A DNA stretch of 32,000 nt from Zygophlyctis sp. KS116 (lineage: Eukaryota > Fungi > Chytridiomycota): the NCBI GenBank assembly GCA_054661495.1, contig BAAFSQ010000039.1, forward strand, positions 1 through 32,000. Reading direction: 5' to 3'. The notes beneath the pieces were generated by a model that was given only the letters and a program-made list of their open reading frames with translations, made no database searches and was not told where the DNA came from. Made by a program: the position numbers and the translations under genes. Of this stretch, positions 1 to 11,273 are shown piece by piece. The number at the start of each line of letters is the position of its first letter. Position 1 is the first letter of the stretch.

Positions 1-416
1 TTAAAAAGATCCTGTGATTCGTCCGCTGCATCGAAATCACTGTATGGTCTTTTATATCTCGACGGTGGGCTGGATGGTAAGATAGTATGGTCTTCAAAGT
101 TGATGGAATCTTCAGATAAGTAAAAACATTGCATACCAATTTTATGAAATTCAGAACCCAGTTGAGTCAACTGATTATCATTTGTATTCAGTGAATCTTT
201 AATTAGAGAGTCATTTGTTTGAGGTTTAGTATCATCATTATGATCATGATCATCCTGTGAAAATAAGTCCATCAGAAACTCTTGATCTTGCAATGTAAAT
301 CCCTCATGAACCGATCGGTAGATTTTATCGGCTTCATCCAATGCATCAGCCATGCATACTACCTTCAGGATAAGTATCAATGCAAAGTATGCCAGTCTAA
401 TAATAATGGCCCCCAT
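1..416 (-). CDS. Putative secreted acidic protein, 5' part (runs off window)
   Basis: Not in ORF track. Open frame from ATG at 416 to the window edge: MGAIIIRLAYFALILILKVVCMADALDEADKIYRSVHEGFTLQDQEFLMDLFSQDDHD... It has a hydrophobic signal-peptide-like N-terminus followed by a D/E-rich region; possible in-frame 27-nt intron GTATGC...TGAAG. Confidence 0.65.
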   Translation of the reverse strand, partial: MGAIIIRLAYFALILILKVVCMADALDEADKIYRSVHEGFTLQDQEFLMDLFSQDDHDHNDDTKPQTNDSLIKDSLNTNDNQLTQLGSEFHKIGMQCFYLSEDSINFEDHTILPSSPPSRYKRPYSDFDAADESQDLF

Positions 417-636
417 TTGTATTAAATGTTTGCAAGTAATTTTTTTGTGGCACTTTTTTTGTTGTTCAAAAGTTCGGACAAAATTTTTGTATTCATGATT
501 GCATGCATTATGATTGAGAAATTACAGGATATTATGATCTATGTACTCTGGGAAATTACTAAATATGTTAGCAAACAAATTATCCGTGGACTTGGGAAAT
601 GTTGGATCAGTCCCGACTCTCCGATATTAATAAAAT

Positions 637-1275
637 ATGGAGACTGTGACTGCCGGGGCTTCTCTTACTGGGTCTGTAACGACCGTAGTAGAATATTTAG
701 AGTTTGCGATTCACTCACTGCTATTTCAAAGGGGAATATATCCTTCTGACGGTAAATATATAAACTAAAATCAAGATTTCAAAATAATTAAAAAATATAA
801 TCTTTCTCTGCTTATTTCAAATGATAATCAAGTCAATGAATACGTTGGAAAAATAGTTTCTCAGCTTAAAGTTTGGCTGCAGGAAAAAGTGATTCACAAA
901 GTTGTCATGGTGATTTCTTCTAGAGAATCTGGATCTATTTTGGAAAGGTGGAGCTTTGATATCAAGATTGTTCAATCTTCTCGAGAGTATATTAGTTTGA
1001 TATAATATTTTAGAAAATCAGACAAGGAAGTGTCCTCTGAAATTTCTGCTGTTCTACGTCAAATTACTGCATCCGTATCATTTTTACCAGTGTTGGATGA
1101 GCCATGCACTTTCAATATTTTAGCATACACAGATAAAACTGTAGAAGCGCCTGCTGCTTGGGTGGATTCTGACCCAAAACTAATCGAGAAGAATGCAGAA
1201 CAAGTAAGGCTAAAGAGTTTCTCAACAACGATTCATCAGATTGATTCTTTAGTAGCTTATAAATTAGGAAATTAA
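637..1275 (+). CDS. MAD2: Spindle checkpoint HORMA protein Mad2
   Basis: Spliced at introns 752-775 (24 nt) and 987-1013 (27 nt) to give 195 aa: ...EYLEFAIHSLLFQRGIYPSDDF...LERWSFDI...LRQITASVSFLP...FNILAYTD...RLKSFSTTIHQIDSLVAYK, typical Mad2 motifs. Confidence 0.95.
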
Positions 1276-1294
1276 CTGAATTTTAACTGCTTTA

Positions 1295-2340
1295 TTAAGA
1301 GAAATTGTTGATGTCTCTCATAGTTGAGACAGAAATGACATTGTCTTTTGGAAATTCCTTTAAGATCAAATTTCCCAAAACTTTTGAAGGTCCTACAACA
1401 ATCCATTCTGACACTCCTTGACTTTTTGCATATTTTACACTCTTGTGCCATTGTACAGTTTCGGTGATTTGTCTAGATAATAACTGAACAATCACAGATG
1501 ATGATTCAAACTAAACTTTAACCAAAATTAGATACCGGTAATCCTGTTACATTTGATACAACTGGAATAATTGGATTATTAAATGAAGCACTTTTTAGAG
1601 CATGTGCCATCGCATCTAATGCAGGCGCCATTAGACTGCAATGAAAAGGAGCAGATACTGGTAAAGGTAGAGCACGTCCTGACAATCCATTAGAGTAAAT
1701 CACGGAAGCTGCATATTCTACACCTTTTACAGTTCCGCTTAGTACAATTTGAGACAAACTTTTCTAAATACTATAAAATTACCTATTAATGTTTGAGATT
1801 TCAACCACTTCACCATGAGGCAATGATGACTGTACTTTAATCATTAATTCTTGTATCTATATTTTGAATAGTTATTTATCCTACTTCCTCTAAATGATCA
1901 CCCAATATAACTATTGCTTTCATGCTATGATCAACTCCTTTAACTGAATACTGCATCGCATTTCCTCTTATGCGTACCAAACGAAGCGCATCTTCCAATT
2001 TAAGTGATTTGGTAGCAACAAGTGCAGTATATTCCCCCAATGAATGCCCCATTGCCATTGCACAGTCGCTGACTTTAAATCCCTTTTCAGCTTCAAGAAC
2101 AGATAAAAGTGCGATAGAATGACAAGCAATTGCAGGCTGTGCATTAGAGGTTTCTGTAAGAGTCTGTGGCGGTCCTTCAAACATGAGCCGCTTCAACGTT
2201 TTGCCAAGAATTTCATCGCAAGTGTCAATTACTGATTTAGCAGATTCAAAACTATTATAAATGTCCATTCCCATTCCTACAAACTGACTTCCCTGTCCAG
2301 GAAAGAGAAGAGCACGTTTAGCATGCTTTATCAAATGCAT
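1295..2340 (-). CDS. MCT1: Malonyl-CoA:ACP transacylase (FabD/MCT1, mitochondrial FAS II)
   Basis: FPGQGSQ, GHSLGEY, SAPFHC and VQW motifs across ORFs 1876-2346, 1518-1757 and 1295-1495, joined by three introns of 24-28 nt. Confidence 0.93.
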
Positions 2341-2376
2341 AATCACTTAATTCGTTTGAATTTTGACTTGAAAATT

Positions 2377-4416
2377 TTAATCGCAACTGTTTATTTTACT
2401 ACACAATTCCTCAACCTGTAACTGATACACTTGCCGCATGTCTCGAATATCCGCCTTGAGTTCATTAATCATCTCTTCTCTTTCACCCAAAAGTTCAGCA
2501 CATGCATACAATTTCTCCTCTAGTCCCTTCTTATCGTGTTGAATTCCATCCAATCCCTTTTTGGATATTTTTAAATCTTCATTTTCTGTAGAGACCTTGT
2601 ATAATTCATCTGCAAGTTCATCACGAGTTTTGGTAATTAGAGCTAATTGAGCTTGGAGAGAGTCAACTGTAGCTTCTAGTTGCTTTATAGATAATTGCAA
2701 TTTTTCAATCTTTATAACATTAGACTTGTTTATCTCAAACTGTTTATTTTCCTAGATCTTACTTCAATAAATTATACCTTTACAGAATCTGTACTATGCT
2801 GTGAAACAGAGCTCCTAATTGAATTTTCAACAAGACTTGAAGCTTTAACTCTAGAAATTTCAGCTTCTTTTTCTTCAAACCATTGCCTTTTTTCAGACTG
2901 CAGCTGCTTCTTAAATTTCAACTTGGATTTTAAGTTATTTTAAAATACCTGTAATGCAGACTTTACTTTATCTAATTCTCTTTCGTGTTTCTCTTTGAGT
3001 AAAACTGAAACTGAATTTTCCTTTGAAACCTTTTCCTTTTCTTCTTCTAATAGAATTTTCAAATCCTTTCTATTAAATTACAAGAAATTACATCTAATTC
3101 CACTTGTATCTTGGATTTTTCATTTTTTAAACGAGATACTACAGTTTCAAGGTTCTTAACCTTGATTAAAAGTTGTGAGTTTTCTTCTTGTAGTATCCTA
3201 GTTTTTTCTACACTTGCTGAACGACTTAATTCTGCGTCTTTTACTCTTTCAGACATTGATTTTTCTAAAGCCTCCCAATCTTTAAAAGAAGAATTATATT
3301 GAGCTTGAAGAGACTCTATTTGCCTCAAAAGAGGTTTGGTAGCTTCTTGTCCGATAGCAGATAAATCTTCATGTCTAGACTCTGATTTTTGTAATTTTAA
3401 ATTAAGATTTGCAATTTCTTTTTGATATTGATCTAAAATTTTAGTCTATATTGTCTTGAACCTTCTTTCCATCCATTTTCCTTCTCCTTTGTTGATAGTG
3501 CATTACGCAATTCATAACATTCCTTTTTCAATTCTAACTCTTTATTCTGTGAATTTTCCCTAAATTCTTCAAAATCCTTTAATAATTTCTGATAATCCTT
3601 TTGATTATTGACATCTAGGGACATAATTTCCTTTTCATGTCTTAATACTTGTAATTCTTTTTCCATATCTTGTTTTTGAGAATTCAATTTCTGAACTTCT
3701 ACTTGACTAGACTTTAATTTTTTACAAGTTTCTTGATTGTATTCATTTAATGAAGCAATACTTGTACTTTGATTCTTTTCCAATTCTAATAATTTATCTC
3801 TTGTTTTCTTTAATTCAGCAATTTCCCCTTGATTACTTGATAATTTCCTATTTAATTCCTTGATGACTCTACCATTTTCCAATTCTTTAGATTTAAGTTT
3901 TTTAATCAAGTCTCTTCCCTGTCCTTGTTTCTTTGAGAGTTCTTCTCCCTCCCTTCTCAACTCTTGCATCAATACGCTTTGAGAATGCAACTGTTTTTCC
4001 AAGTCTGACTGTATTACTTTAGTATTTGCAATTGTATTTTCCCCTGATTCTTGTACTTTTTCTTGAACAATTTCTCTAGTTTCCTCTGTATCTTGTCTAG
4101 TTTCTAGTGAACTGTGGGGTCTTGAGTCATTTTCGGGTTCTTCCTTGGAGTCTTTAGCGTCAGAGGGAGTTTCTTCCTTGGGTTCTTCCTTGGTTTCAGA
4201 CAGAGTAGTATCAGTAGTCTTTTTAAGAGTTTCATCCAGAGTCTTGTCATACAAAACTTGTTTCTCAGTCTCTTTAATCTGAAATACATTCATGAAATTA
4301 GAAGAATTCTGAGGTATTTCCAGCACAGAGTCCAGTTTAGCTTCCAGATTCTTCAACATTCCAGTCAATGACTTTGATGCATTTTCTGGGTCTGCAAGAT
4401 TACTGAACCAACTCAT
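2377..4416 (-). CDS. SGM1: TATA element modulatory factor / Sgm1-like golgin
   Basis: MSWF N-terminus, long coiled coil with LRREGEELSKKQ, and C-terminal ELLGEREE..ELKADIRDMRQVYQLQVEEL (TMF_TATA_bd-like); several tiny introns. Confidence 0.85.
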
Positions 4417-4455
4417 TGGAAATTTTGAATCTCAGACAATTAAACTAATTTGATT

Positions 4456-5921
4456 TTATTTCTTCTTCTTATCCTTTTTACCTCCACTCTTCTTTTTATC
4501 CTATATTTAAATTATAATAAATTACCAATGATCTGGACAGTGCACGTCTGACTTGCCAACCGCGAACAACTGCCTGGATTTTGATGGCTGCTAATACTTG
4601 TTTAGCTAAAAGTTGTTGAATTTCTTTTTCTTTTTGTTGGGCTAATCTTCTTTCTTCCATGATTTTATCATGTTTGATTTTTACTTGATCATATTTTGAT
4701 TGTAAAAGTGATAATGCGGCTCTTTCTTCTTCAAATAAATTAGATATATCATCAATTTCTAATTGTTTTTCTTCCATTTCTTGATCATATTTTGAAATCC
4801 AATTTTCAACTTCAGATTCAATTTTGAATTTACGTCTACGGTACAAGGATTCCTTTTCACGATTTTGTAATTCTAATTCTGATAAAGTAGTTGCTAAAGA
4901 TGAAATTTCAGATTTTAAACTATTTTCACGATCTTGAAATACTTGTAATTCTGAATCTTCTTTTTGTTTTGATCTAAAAGACATTTTCTTTGTAGCTTCT
5001 TCTGCTTGTAATTTAATTTCTCTTAATTCTTCTTTAAGTTTTCTAATAACATCATTTTTCTTGTTGAGTTCATGTAAGCGATGTTTTCTGGCTTTTTCTA
5101 ATTCTTCTTTTAATAATTTGACTTCGTTTGATGTCTACGATTAGAAAAAGGAAAATTTTAAGAATTCTCTTTGAGATCCAAAAAAAATTTACAAAATTTT
5201 AGAAAAACTTACCTTTTGTTCTTTTGCAATAGTGATTGAAAGCTGATCTTGTTTTTCTTTTTCTTCTTCAACTGTTGTTTTTAATCTTGCAAATATTAGC
5301 ATTTTGATTTCTTGTAATAAATGTTCAAATTGGGACATGGCTTGTACTTTAGTAGATTTAAGGTATTTAAGTTTGGTAGATGAAGTTGGATTCACAGAAA
5401 AATGTCGGGCTAAAGATCTAGTAGAATTTCTCAAGTCTTTAGCAGTCTCTTTAATTTCATTCTAGGATTAAGTTTTCAAAATTTACAGTTAATTCATGTG
5501 AAATTATTCCACCTTTGGGTCTTGTGTCTATCAAGTTTTTATATTTAGATTCAAGTTGACGATGTTCCTGATTTTATTTAAATTTGAAATTTACCTTTAT
5601 AAGAGTAAATGTCTCGCTACCAAAAACTGATGAGACTCGATTATCCATTATGTCTGGTAAAAGTCCGATTTGAGACACCTTTTTTTGAATTTCTTGAATA
5701 ACAGAAATTATTCTTTGAGCTTCTATATTTGATAGCTTTCCTGAAATTGAGACTTCTTCTTCAGACTTTAAATTCAATGATTGATCAGGCATAAAAGCTG
5801 ATGTCCGATTATCAACAAAAAACGATGATCTAGTATTTGAGCCATATTGTGATTGATGTAAACTGGGAATAGAAGGAAGAGGAGGCTCCTTTGGGAATGT
5901 AAGATCATTCATGGTCGTCAT
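4456..5921 (-). CDS. IQCD: Dynein regulatory complex subunit 10 (IQCD)
   Basis: EAQRIISV near the N-terminus, LYRRRKFKIESEVENWISKYDQEM, C-terminal IQ motif AAIKIQAVVRGWQVRR and spliced lysine-rich tail DKKKSGGKKDKKKK*. Likely start MTTMNDL at 5921. Confidence 0.85.
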
Positions 5922-5968
5922 TAAGCAAAAGTCTGAAATTTCCGAGTGTGTCGTCATCCGTTTTCTTA

Positions 5969-7766
5969 ATGAGACAGTTAGACAAGGCCACTGCCATTGA
6001 TGACGAACTAAAAGATCTAAAGCTTCGCTTTGAATTATTGGGTAATACATGATTGTAATCGTTAGAGGGTGATAGAAAGGCGTACTATGAAACTTCCCAA
6101 TGGGCAATTCGACGAAATAAAGAGGAAATGAATGCCCTGAGAGTTAAAAATAAGGAGCTGAGAGATGCAGTCTCTAGAATTAAAAAGCATGATCTGTCAT
6201 CTTCAAGTCATAAGCTATCAATGACTCCGATCGAGAAGTTGGATCATCGAATTTGTGAAATTCACAAGAAATACGATGATCTTCAATTGGAAGCAAGATC
6301 AAAAGACTCAAAACTGAAATCTTTAAGAGATCAATTGGACGAACTTAAAAAAGATGGTGAAACTGTAAAAGCAAATATTGAAGATTCATCTTATGCTAAA
6401 GTAATAATTCGTAAAGATCTGATAAATTAGCAAATAAGAGGGCTAGAGAATCGATTGGATAAGGCCATGATCAAATACAATGAAGCACAATCAATTCGTA
6501 AAACGTATGAGCAAATAATGAAACGTTTACAAGAGGAACGTCTAACATTTGATACACAATTAGCAAACTTTGAAAAAGCATTAAAAGCAAAGAAAATGGA
6601 CGCTGCTCAGTTGGAAGTTATGTCAAAAGATGCTAACCATGCTAAAGAAGTAGCAAAAGTAATTAACTAAAAGTTTTTACTTTAATAGGCTGAATTGGCA
6701 AGATTTGAGCAGCAAATCAACGAAGAAAGGAAACTTCGTGAAAAGGAATTGCATTATAGAAAAGAATTAGTGAAGCAAAAGTTGGAAATCAATGAGAAAT
6801 TGGATCGCAAAACTCTTTTGTTGGACGATCCTAACGCAGAAACAAATGTAGCTAAAGATTTAAATAAGGCTCAAAATGATGAGATTCAAGAAAAAAAGCT
6901 GGCGGAATTTGAAGAAACTATGCGTTTAATCAAGGAGGCTACAGGTGTGAATAATATTCATGAGGTTATTGCAAAATTAAAATCTCAAGGGGACACGAAC
7001 ACTCAATTAACTCATTTAAAAACCTTGAATGAGACTCGTATAGAAGAATTGCAAAAAAAGAAAATTGAAATTCAAAATGAATATGATGAATTGAAATTTT
7101 CTGGTGAAGCAAAGAGTTCGCATGCACAAAGTACTCTTGAAGAGTTAGAAAAACATCGTACTGAAGCTGAGGCTCTTATGCATGAAGCGAAACAAAAGCA
7201 TGACAGATTATCCAAATTACTCATAAATTTACAATCCGGAATTTATCATATCTATGATAAACTCGAATTAATTTCAGTTGTAAAACTAATTTTATTAATT
7301 TTAGACTGATTTACCACCAAAATCTGCTGTTACTGAAGAAAACTTAAATGAATTTATTTCTGCATGTACAAAAAAACTTCAAACTTTATGTGCAAATCTT
7401 CAAGGAAAAGAATTGCCAGATGTATTTTTTGTGAACAGTTTAATATATAGTTGGCTCAAGCATCAATCGCAATAACTACTCCAAGTTCTGGAGAGGCCAC
7501 TAGTATTCTTCAAGTTAGTCCCAGTGTTTTACCTGCTTTTAATACCAGAGTCAAACTTCGAGCTTTAGAGTTTGAAGCTGCTGATCCGGACGGTATATTT
7601 TATTTATTTTATTGTAGATGAAGATGATAATAACGATGAAATGGATGTACCTGATCGTGAAAGTATGAAGAAACATACAATGCAATTAGTCAACTCAAAA
7701 CTGAAGTCTAAGCAAGTTAAGAAACCAAAAAAGAAACGGTCATCAAAAGAAGATGATGAAGCATAA
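5969..7766 (+). CDS. CCDC151: Outer dynein arm docking complex subunit CCDC151/ODAD3
   Basis: First exon plus 24-nt intron gives RFELLEGDRKAYYETSQWAIRRNKEE; later LENRLDKAMIKYNEAQSIRKTYEQI and IKEATGV, matching the CCDC151 family pattern. Confidence 0.85.
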
Positions 7767-7960
7767 ATTTAAGGAATAAAAACATTATGGTCTGTTTTTA
7801 TTAGTTTGGAGTATTTGAGATCCTAGTTCTTTTATTCGAATTCTATAGAAAAAATTGAAAATCAACTTCAATCTTATAGTCTAGATACCACATTTAAAGT
7901 TCTATTTATTCATCCGGTTCCATTTTAGCTGCCCTAGAGAATTTAAATAATCAAGGCGAC

Positions 7961-9222
7961 TTACTGAGCTCTAGAATACGCTTTACCCTTCCGTTTTCGA
8001 TTTCCAGCATTATTCAACTGTTCAAAAATATCATTGTCCTTAATTTTTCTATTAGCGTATTTTTGAAATTCAATTCTAAAGGATCAGAAAGATTAGACTC
8101 ACTCTTTTTGGGCGCAAATAGAATCAATCGACAGTTCTGCGAATTTACCAAGGTCGTCAAATGATTTTTGGATTTCATCTTTAACTTAAAGCGGTGAAAC
8201 CTACCTATTTTTTGAGGAAATAAGCTGATAAAGTCATTTTTCCAAGATCTTATGAAATCGTCTATATTCACACCTGAAACTTGTGCCTGAGATCTAATCC
8301 AAGATGGCGATGCGCCGATTTGAGCAAAAGTATCAACTCCTATGGTTTATTTTTGATATAGGTGCTACCTGCTGGAATTACTAAGGGCTTTGATATATCG
8401 ACTGATGCTGATTTGACTGGACTGGCATTGAACGCCAAGTGACTTAAATGTTGTTTTAACTTTTGCTTTAATAATAATTCAATACCCTTAATAAGCTGCC
8501 ATCATCATTTTGAGATACCGTAAACACAGTACCACCATTCAAATGTCCAACGACTCTTAGAAATTTTAAAAGTATTTTGCGCATTTCTGGCTCATAATCT
8601 CTAATGAGATCAAGTTTTGTTCCAATAACAGTGAGTGGGATCGGAAAGGGCCTAACACATTGACTTCCGGTAAGCTGTCGATTAATATACCTATCAGGAT
8701 GATCTTTCCAATTATTTTTTATAGAGCTTTGTAATTCAATATTAGTAGTCAACAGTGAATTGGTATGATTTCGAGTATTTTCTAAAACTCCTTCTATAAG
8801 ACTTATCCAAGTAAACGGCCTTGACAAATCCAAGCATATGATAAAAACACTGGCTGCTAATTTGTCTGATTTTAGAGGAATATTTATCAAATCTAGCAAA
8901 GAGTCACCACCACCTTTAATTAGAATGTCCGAATGGCATTTGACTTACCCAGTTCCCATATATGAGCAACATCCTTGACGGCGCTCATTGCCTTGCTCTT
9001 TCTAGCAAATGTATATTCTAATGCAGTCGTCGGCTGAGGATTCTCATCTAAATTTATGAGGATGGAGCAAATTCACCTCTGTCCAAAAAGCGCAAGATAA
9101 CAGAACTCTTTCCCGCACTCTTTGACCCTGTAAAAAACAGCACTGAATCATGATTCTCTAATTTCAATTCTCGATTACTAACCTGGTTTGTTGCTATGAA
9201 TAATATCCCAAATCTTTATCAT
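7961..9222 (-). CDS. DYNC2LI1: Cytoplasmic dynein-2 light intermediate chain (retrograde IFT)
   Basis: Spliced: MIKIWDII...FTGSKSAGKSSVILRFLDRDE.PQPTTALEYTFAR...AHIWELGGG...LDLSRP...KDHPD..PFPIPLTVIGTKLD...SKPLVIPAGVDTFAQIG. The stop is at 7961, or at 7906 if a further intron is spliced. Confidence 0.9.
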
Positions 9223-9258
9223 TTGGAAAGTGTCCGAACCGTGTCTAACAACACGGTA

Positions 9259-9591
9259 ATGTCACTTGTGAATGATGTCCTTGATTCAGTCTCATCAGAA
9301 GTCTTAGAATCAACATCTTCTTTATCTGCATTAGGTAATACTATTGTAGATCCCATGATTTAGAAAATGTAGATTTCAACGATATAGAACTCTTGTCCGA
9401 ATACAAGGAAAGAAAGGTAATTAAAGATACTAAAATAATAGAAACTTTTACTAAACTCTCATAAGAAATATCTCTCATCAAATCCAAAATTAAAATCACT
9501 AATGGCAGACTATACTCAAACGCTCTTGTTGAGAAAGCCAGACAATGTATATGAATTTACTTTAGCCTACTTCAATAATACCCAATTGTAA
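9259..9591 (+). CDS. Small RIIa/dimerization-docking domain protein resembling the C-terminus of CATIP / RIIAD1
   Basis: Missed by ORF track. Introns 9335-9363 and 9417-9441 give 92 aa ending DIELLSEYKERKKLLLNSHKKYLSSNPKLKSLMADYTQTLLLRKPDNVYEFTLAYF, the YL..P.L..L..D....LL..P.....F...YF pattern of RIIa-type DD domains. Confidence 0.8.
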
Positions 9592-10323
9592 ACATGATTT
9601 ACGCATTATTTCACCTAACTGTTCCAATTCACCATGTAATAATGATATTGTTAAATCCACTTTTTCCAATTTTTCCAAATCATTTGAGTTACTTTTACTT
9701 TTCCTTACTGATAACTCATACAATTCTCCAGAGCAAGAATTAGGTCGATTAAATAACCGATCAGCGATACTGGTCATTACATTTCCCAAAATTTCCCAAT
9801 CTTTACTTGAAATACCATAAACTTGGTTAGAATCCTTTGAAATTTGAGATGCGATCCCTGCCATTTCCTTCCAAGCAGAATAATCATCGGTTCTAATCTG
9901 TAAATAGCCGATAAAACAATTAAAAGCCAAACCATAATTCCCTAAAGCAAAATGCAATTGACCTTTCAAGTATGTTATACTTGGATCATTTTTCTTTATC
10001 CCATCACAAATGCTCAATGCATCATCCAGCCGATTTAATCTTTTTAGAACTCTAGCCTTGATCTCTAGAAATTCATTCTTTTTTGAATAATTCAGATCTA
10101 AACCTTTTTGAATATAATCTAGACATTGATCATACTCTTTAATAGAATACAAGTGATTAATAATATGTAATAATTTTGTGATTTGTAGAGCAGGAGTTGT
10201 TTCACTTGAATCTTGTAAGAACCATTTGCTAGTGATCAATGTCCTGGGATATGCCACTGGTTCTATTATTATAGCCTTTGGAGCATCGAAATCCCATTGC
10301 GCAAGTCCATGAGAGAAATCCAT
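9562..10323 (-). CDS. TPR-repeat protein, C8orf76-like
   Basis: Intronless ORF with TPR-like helices (EFLEIKARVLKRLNRLDDAL, YLKGQLHFALGNYGLAFNCF); N-terminal Y......KWF pattern recalls C8orf76. Confidence 0.6.
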   Translation of the reverse strand: MDFSHGLAQWDFDAPKAIIIEPVAYPRTLITSKWFLQDSSETTPALQITKLLHIINHLYSIKEYDQCLDYIQKGLDLNYSKKNEFLEIKARVLKRLNRLDDALSICDGIKKNDPSITYLKGQLHFALGNYGLAFNCFIGYLQIRTDDYSAWKEMAGIASQISKDSNQVYGISSKDWEILGNVMTSIADRLFNRPNSCSGELYELSVRKSKSNSNDLEKLEKVDLTISLLHGELEQLGEIMRKSCLQLGIIEVG

Positions 10324-10528
10324 TACCAATGATTATCACTTATAAATTTGACTCGAGGTCCAGACATTTACCCATTGATGCTAAGATCCGACAATGCATA
10401 TAATTCAGATTGAACAAATCATACCAACGTTCAACTGATCAATTAATAGTAAATTATTTCGGACAGAATCCATCATTAAATAGCAACAATCAATTGCAAT
10501 TACAGCGGATCAGACGCAATTTTTTAGA

Positions 10529-11272
10529 ATGGAAAGACCAACAGATGCAGAGATTCTAGCGTTTGAAAAGTCAATAAAGGAAGAATATATGGCATCTGAT
10601 CTGATAGGCCCCAAGATTTCTACAAATGAATTATCTGCCGAGTTTGTTGATGCGGATCCAGTCTATCAAGTCAAGTTGAGATTATTGGGCGAGTCTTTTA
10701 GTAGCATAAGGAAAGTAAGGAAGGATGGAAATTGCTTTTATAGAGCTTTGGCATTCTCTTTTGCAGAGATTTCAATCGCAAATCCTAAAGCGATTGAGAC
10801 ATTGCAGGCTACAAATGTATTGATGGCGGATTGTGGCTACGATATGGAGCTTCTCTCTGATTTCTATCAAGTGTTTTTAGATGCTTGCTCTTTAAAAAGT
10901 TTAGATGAATTGGTAGAGTTTTTTAATGTTGAGTATCAATCTGATACGATCGTGTGTTATCTTCGACTACTCACGGCTGGGATACTTAAAAGTAATGCTG
11001 AATTGTATGAAGCATTTATTTTGGATTCATTTCCTGATTTACAAGCTTTTATTTCAAGTCAGGTCGAACCAATGAATGTAGAATCTGATCAAATTCATAT
11101 TGTTGCAATGGCTAATGCTCTAAATTGTTCTTTTAAGATTGCTAATTTAGATCACTCAGTAGTTGAAGATAATGGTATTAATTATCATGAAATATTGCCA
11201 AGTGAAGGGGAAGATTTATTCAAAATATACTTGTTGTTCAGGCCGGGTCATTACGATGTGCTCTATAAATAA
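10529..11272 (+). CDS. OTUB1: Otubain-type deubiquitinase (peptidase C65)
   Basis: IRKVRKDGNCFYRA catalytic Cys motif, VEPMNVESDQIHI and LLFRPGHYDVLY His motif; intronless. Confidence 0.93.
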   Translation: MERPTDAEILAFEKSIKEEYMASDLIGPKISTNELSAEFVDADPVYQVKLRLLGESFSSIRKVRKDGNCFYRALAFSFAEISIANPKAIETLQATNVLMADCGYDMELLSDFYQVFLDACSLKSLDELVEFFNVEYQSDTIVCYLRLLTAGILKSNAELYEAFILDSFPDLQAFISSQVEPMNVESDQIHIVAMANALNCSFKIANLDHSVVEDNGINYHEILPSEGEDLFKIYLLFRPGHYDVLYK

Positions 11273-11273
11273 A

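Noticed and set aside
426-749. 107-aa ORF upstream of MAD2
   Set aside because: It overlaps the MAD2 first exon out of frame and promoter DNA, and has no protein-like features.
5922-6107. N-terminal extension of ORF 5574-6107 overlapping CCDC151
   Set aside because: It is the antisense of CCDC151 exons 1-2; the plausible IQCD start is 5921.
9223-9356. Longer DYNC2LI1 start at 9356 (MGSTIVLP...)
   Set aside because: This region is better explained by the + strand DD-domain gene; MIKIWDII at 9222 matches the family N-terminus.
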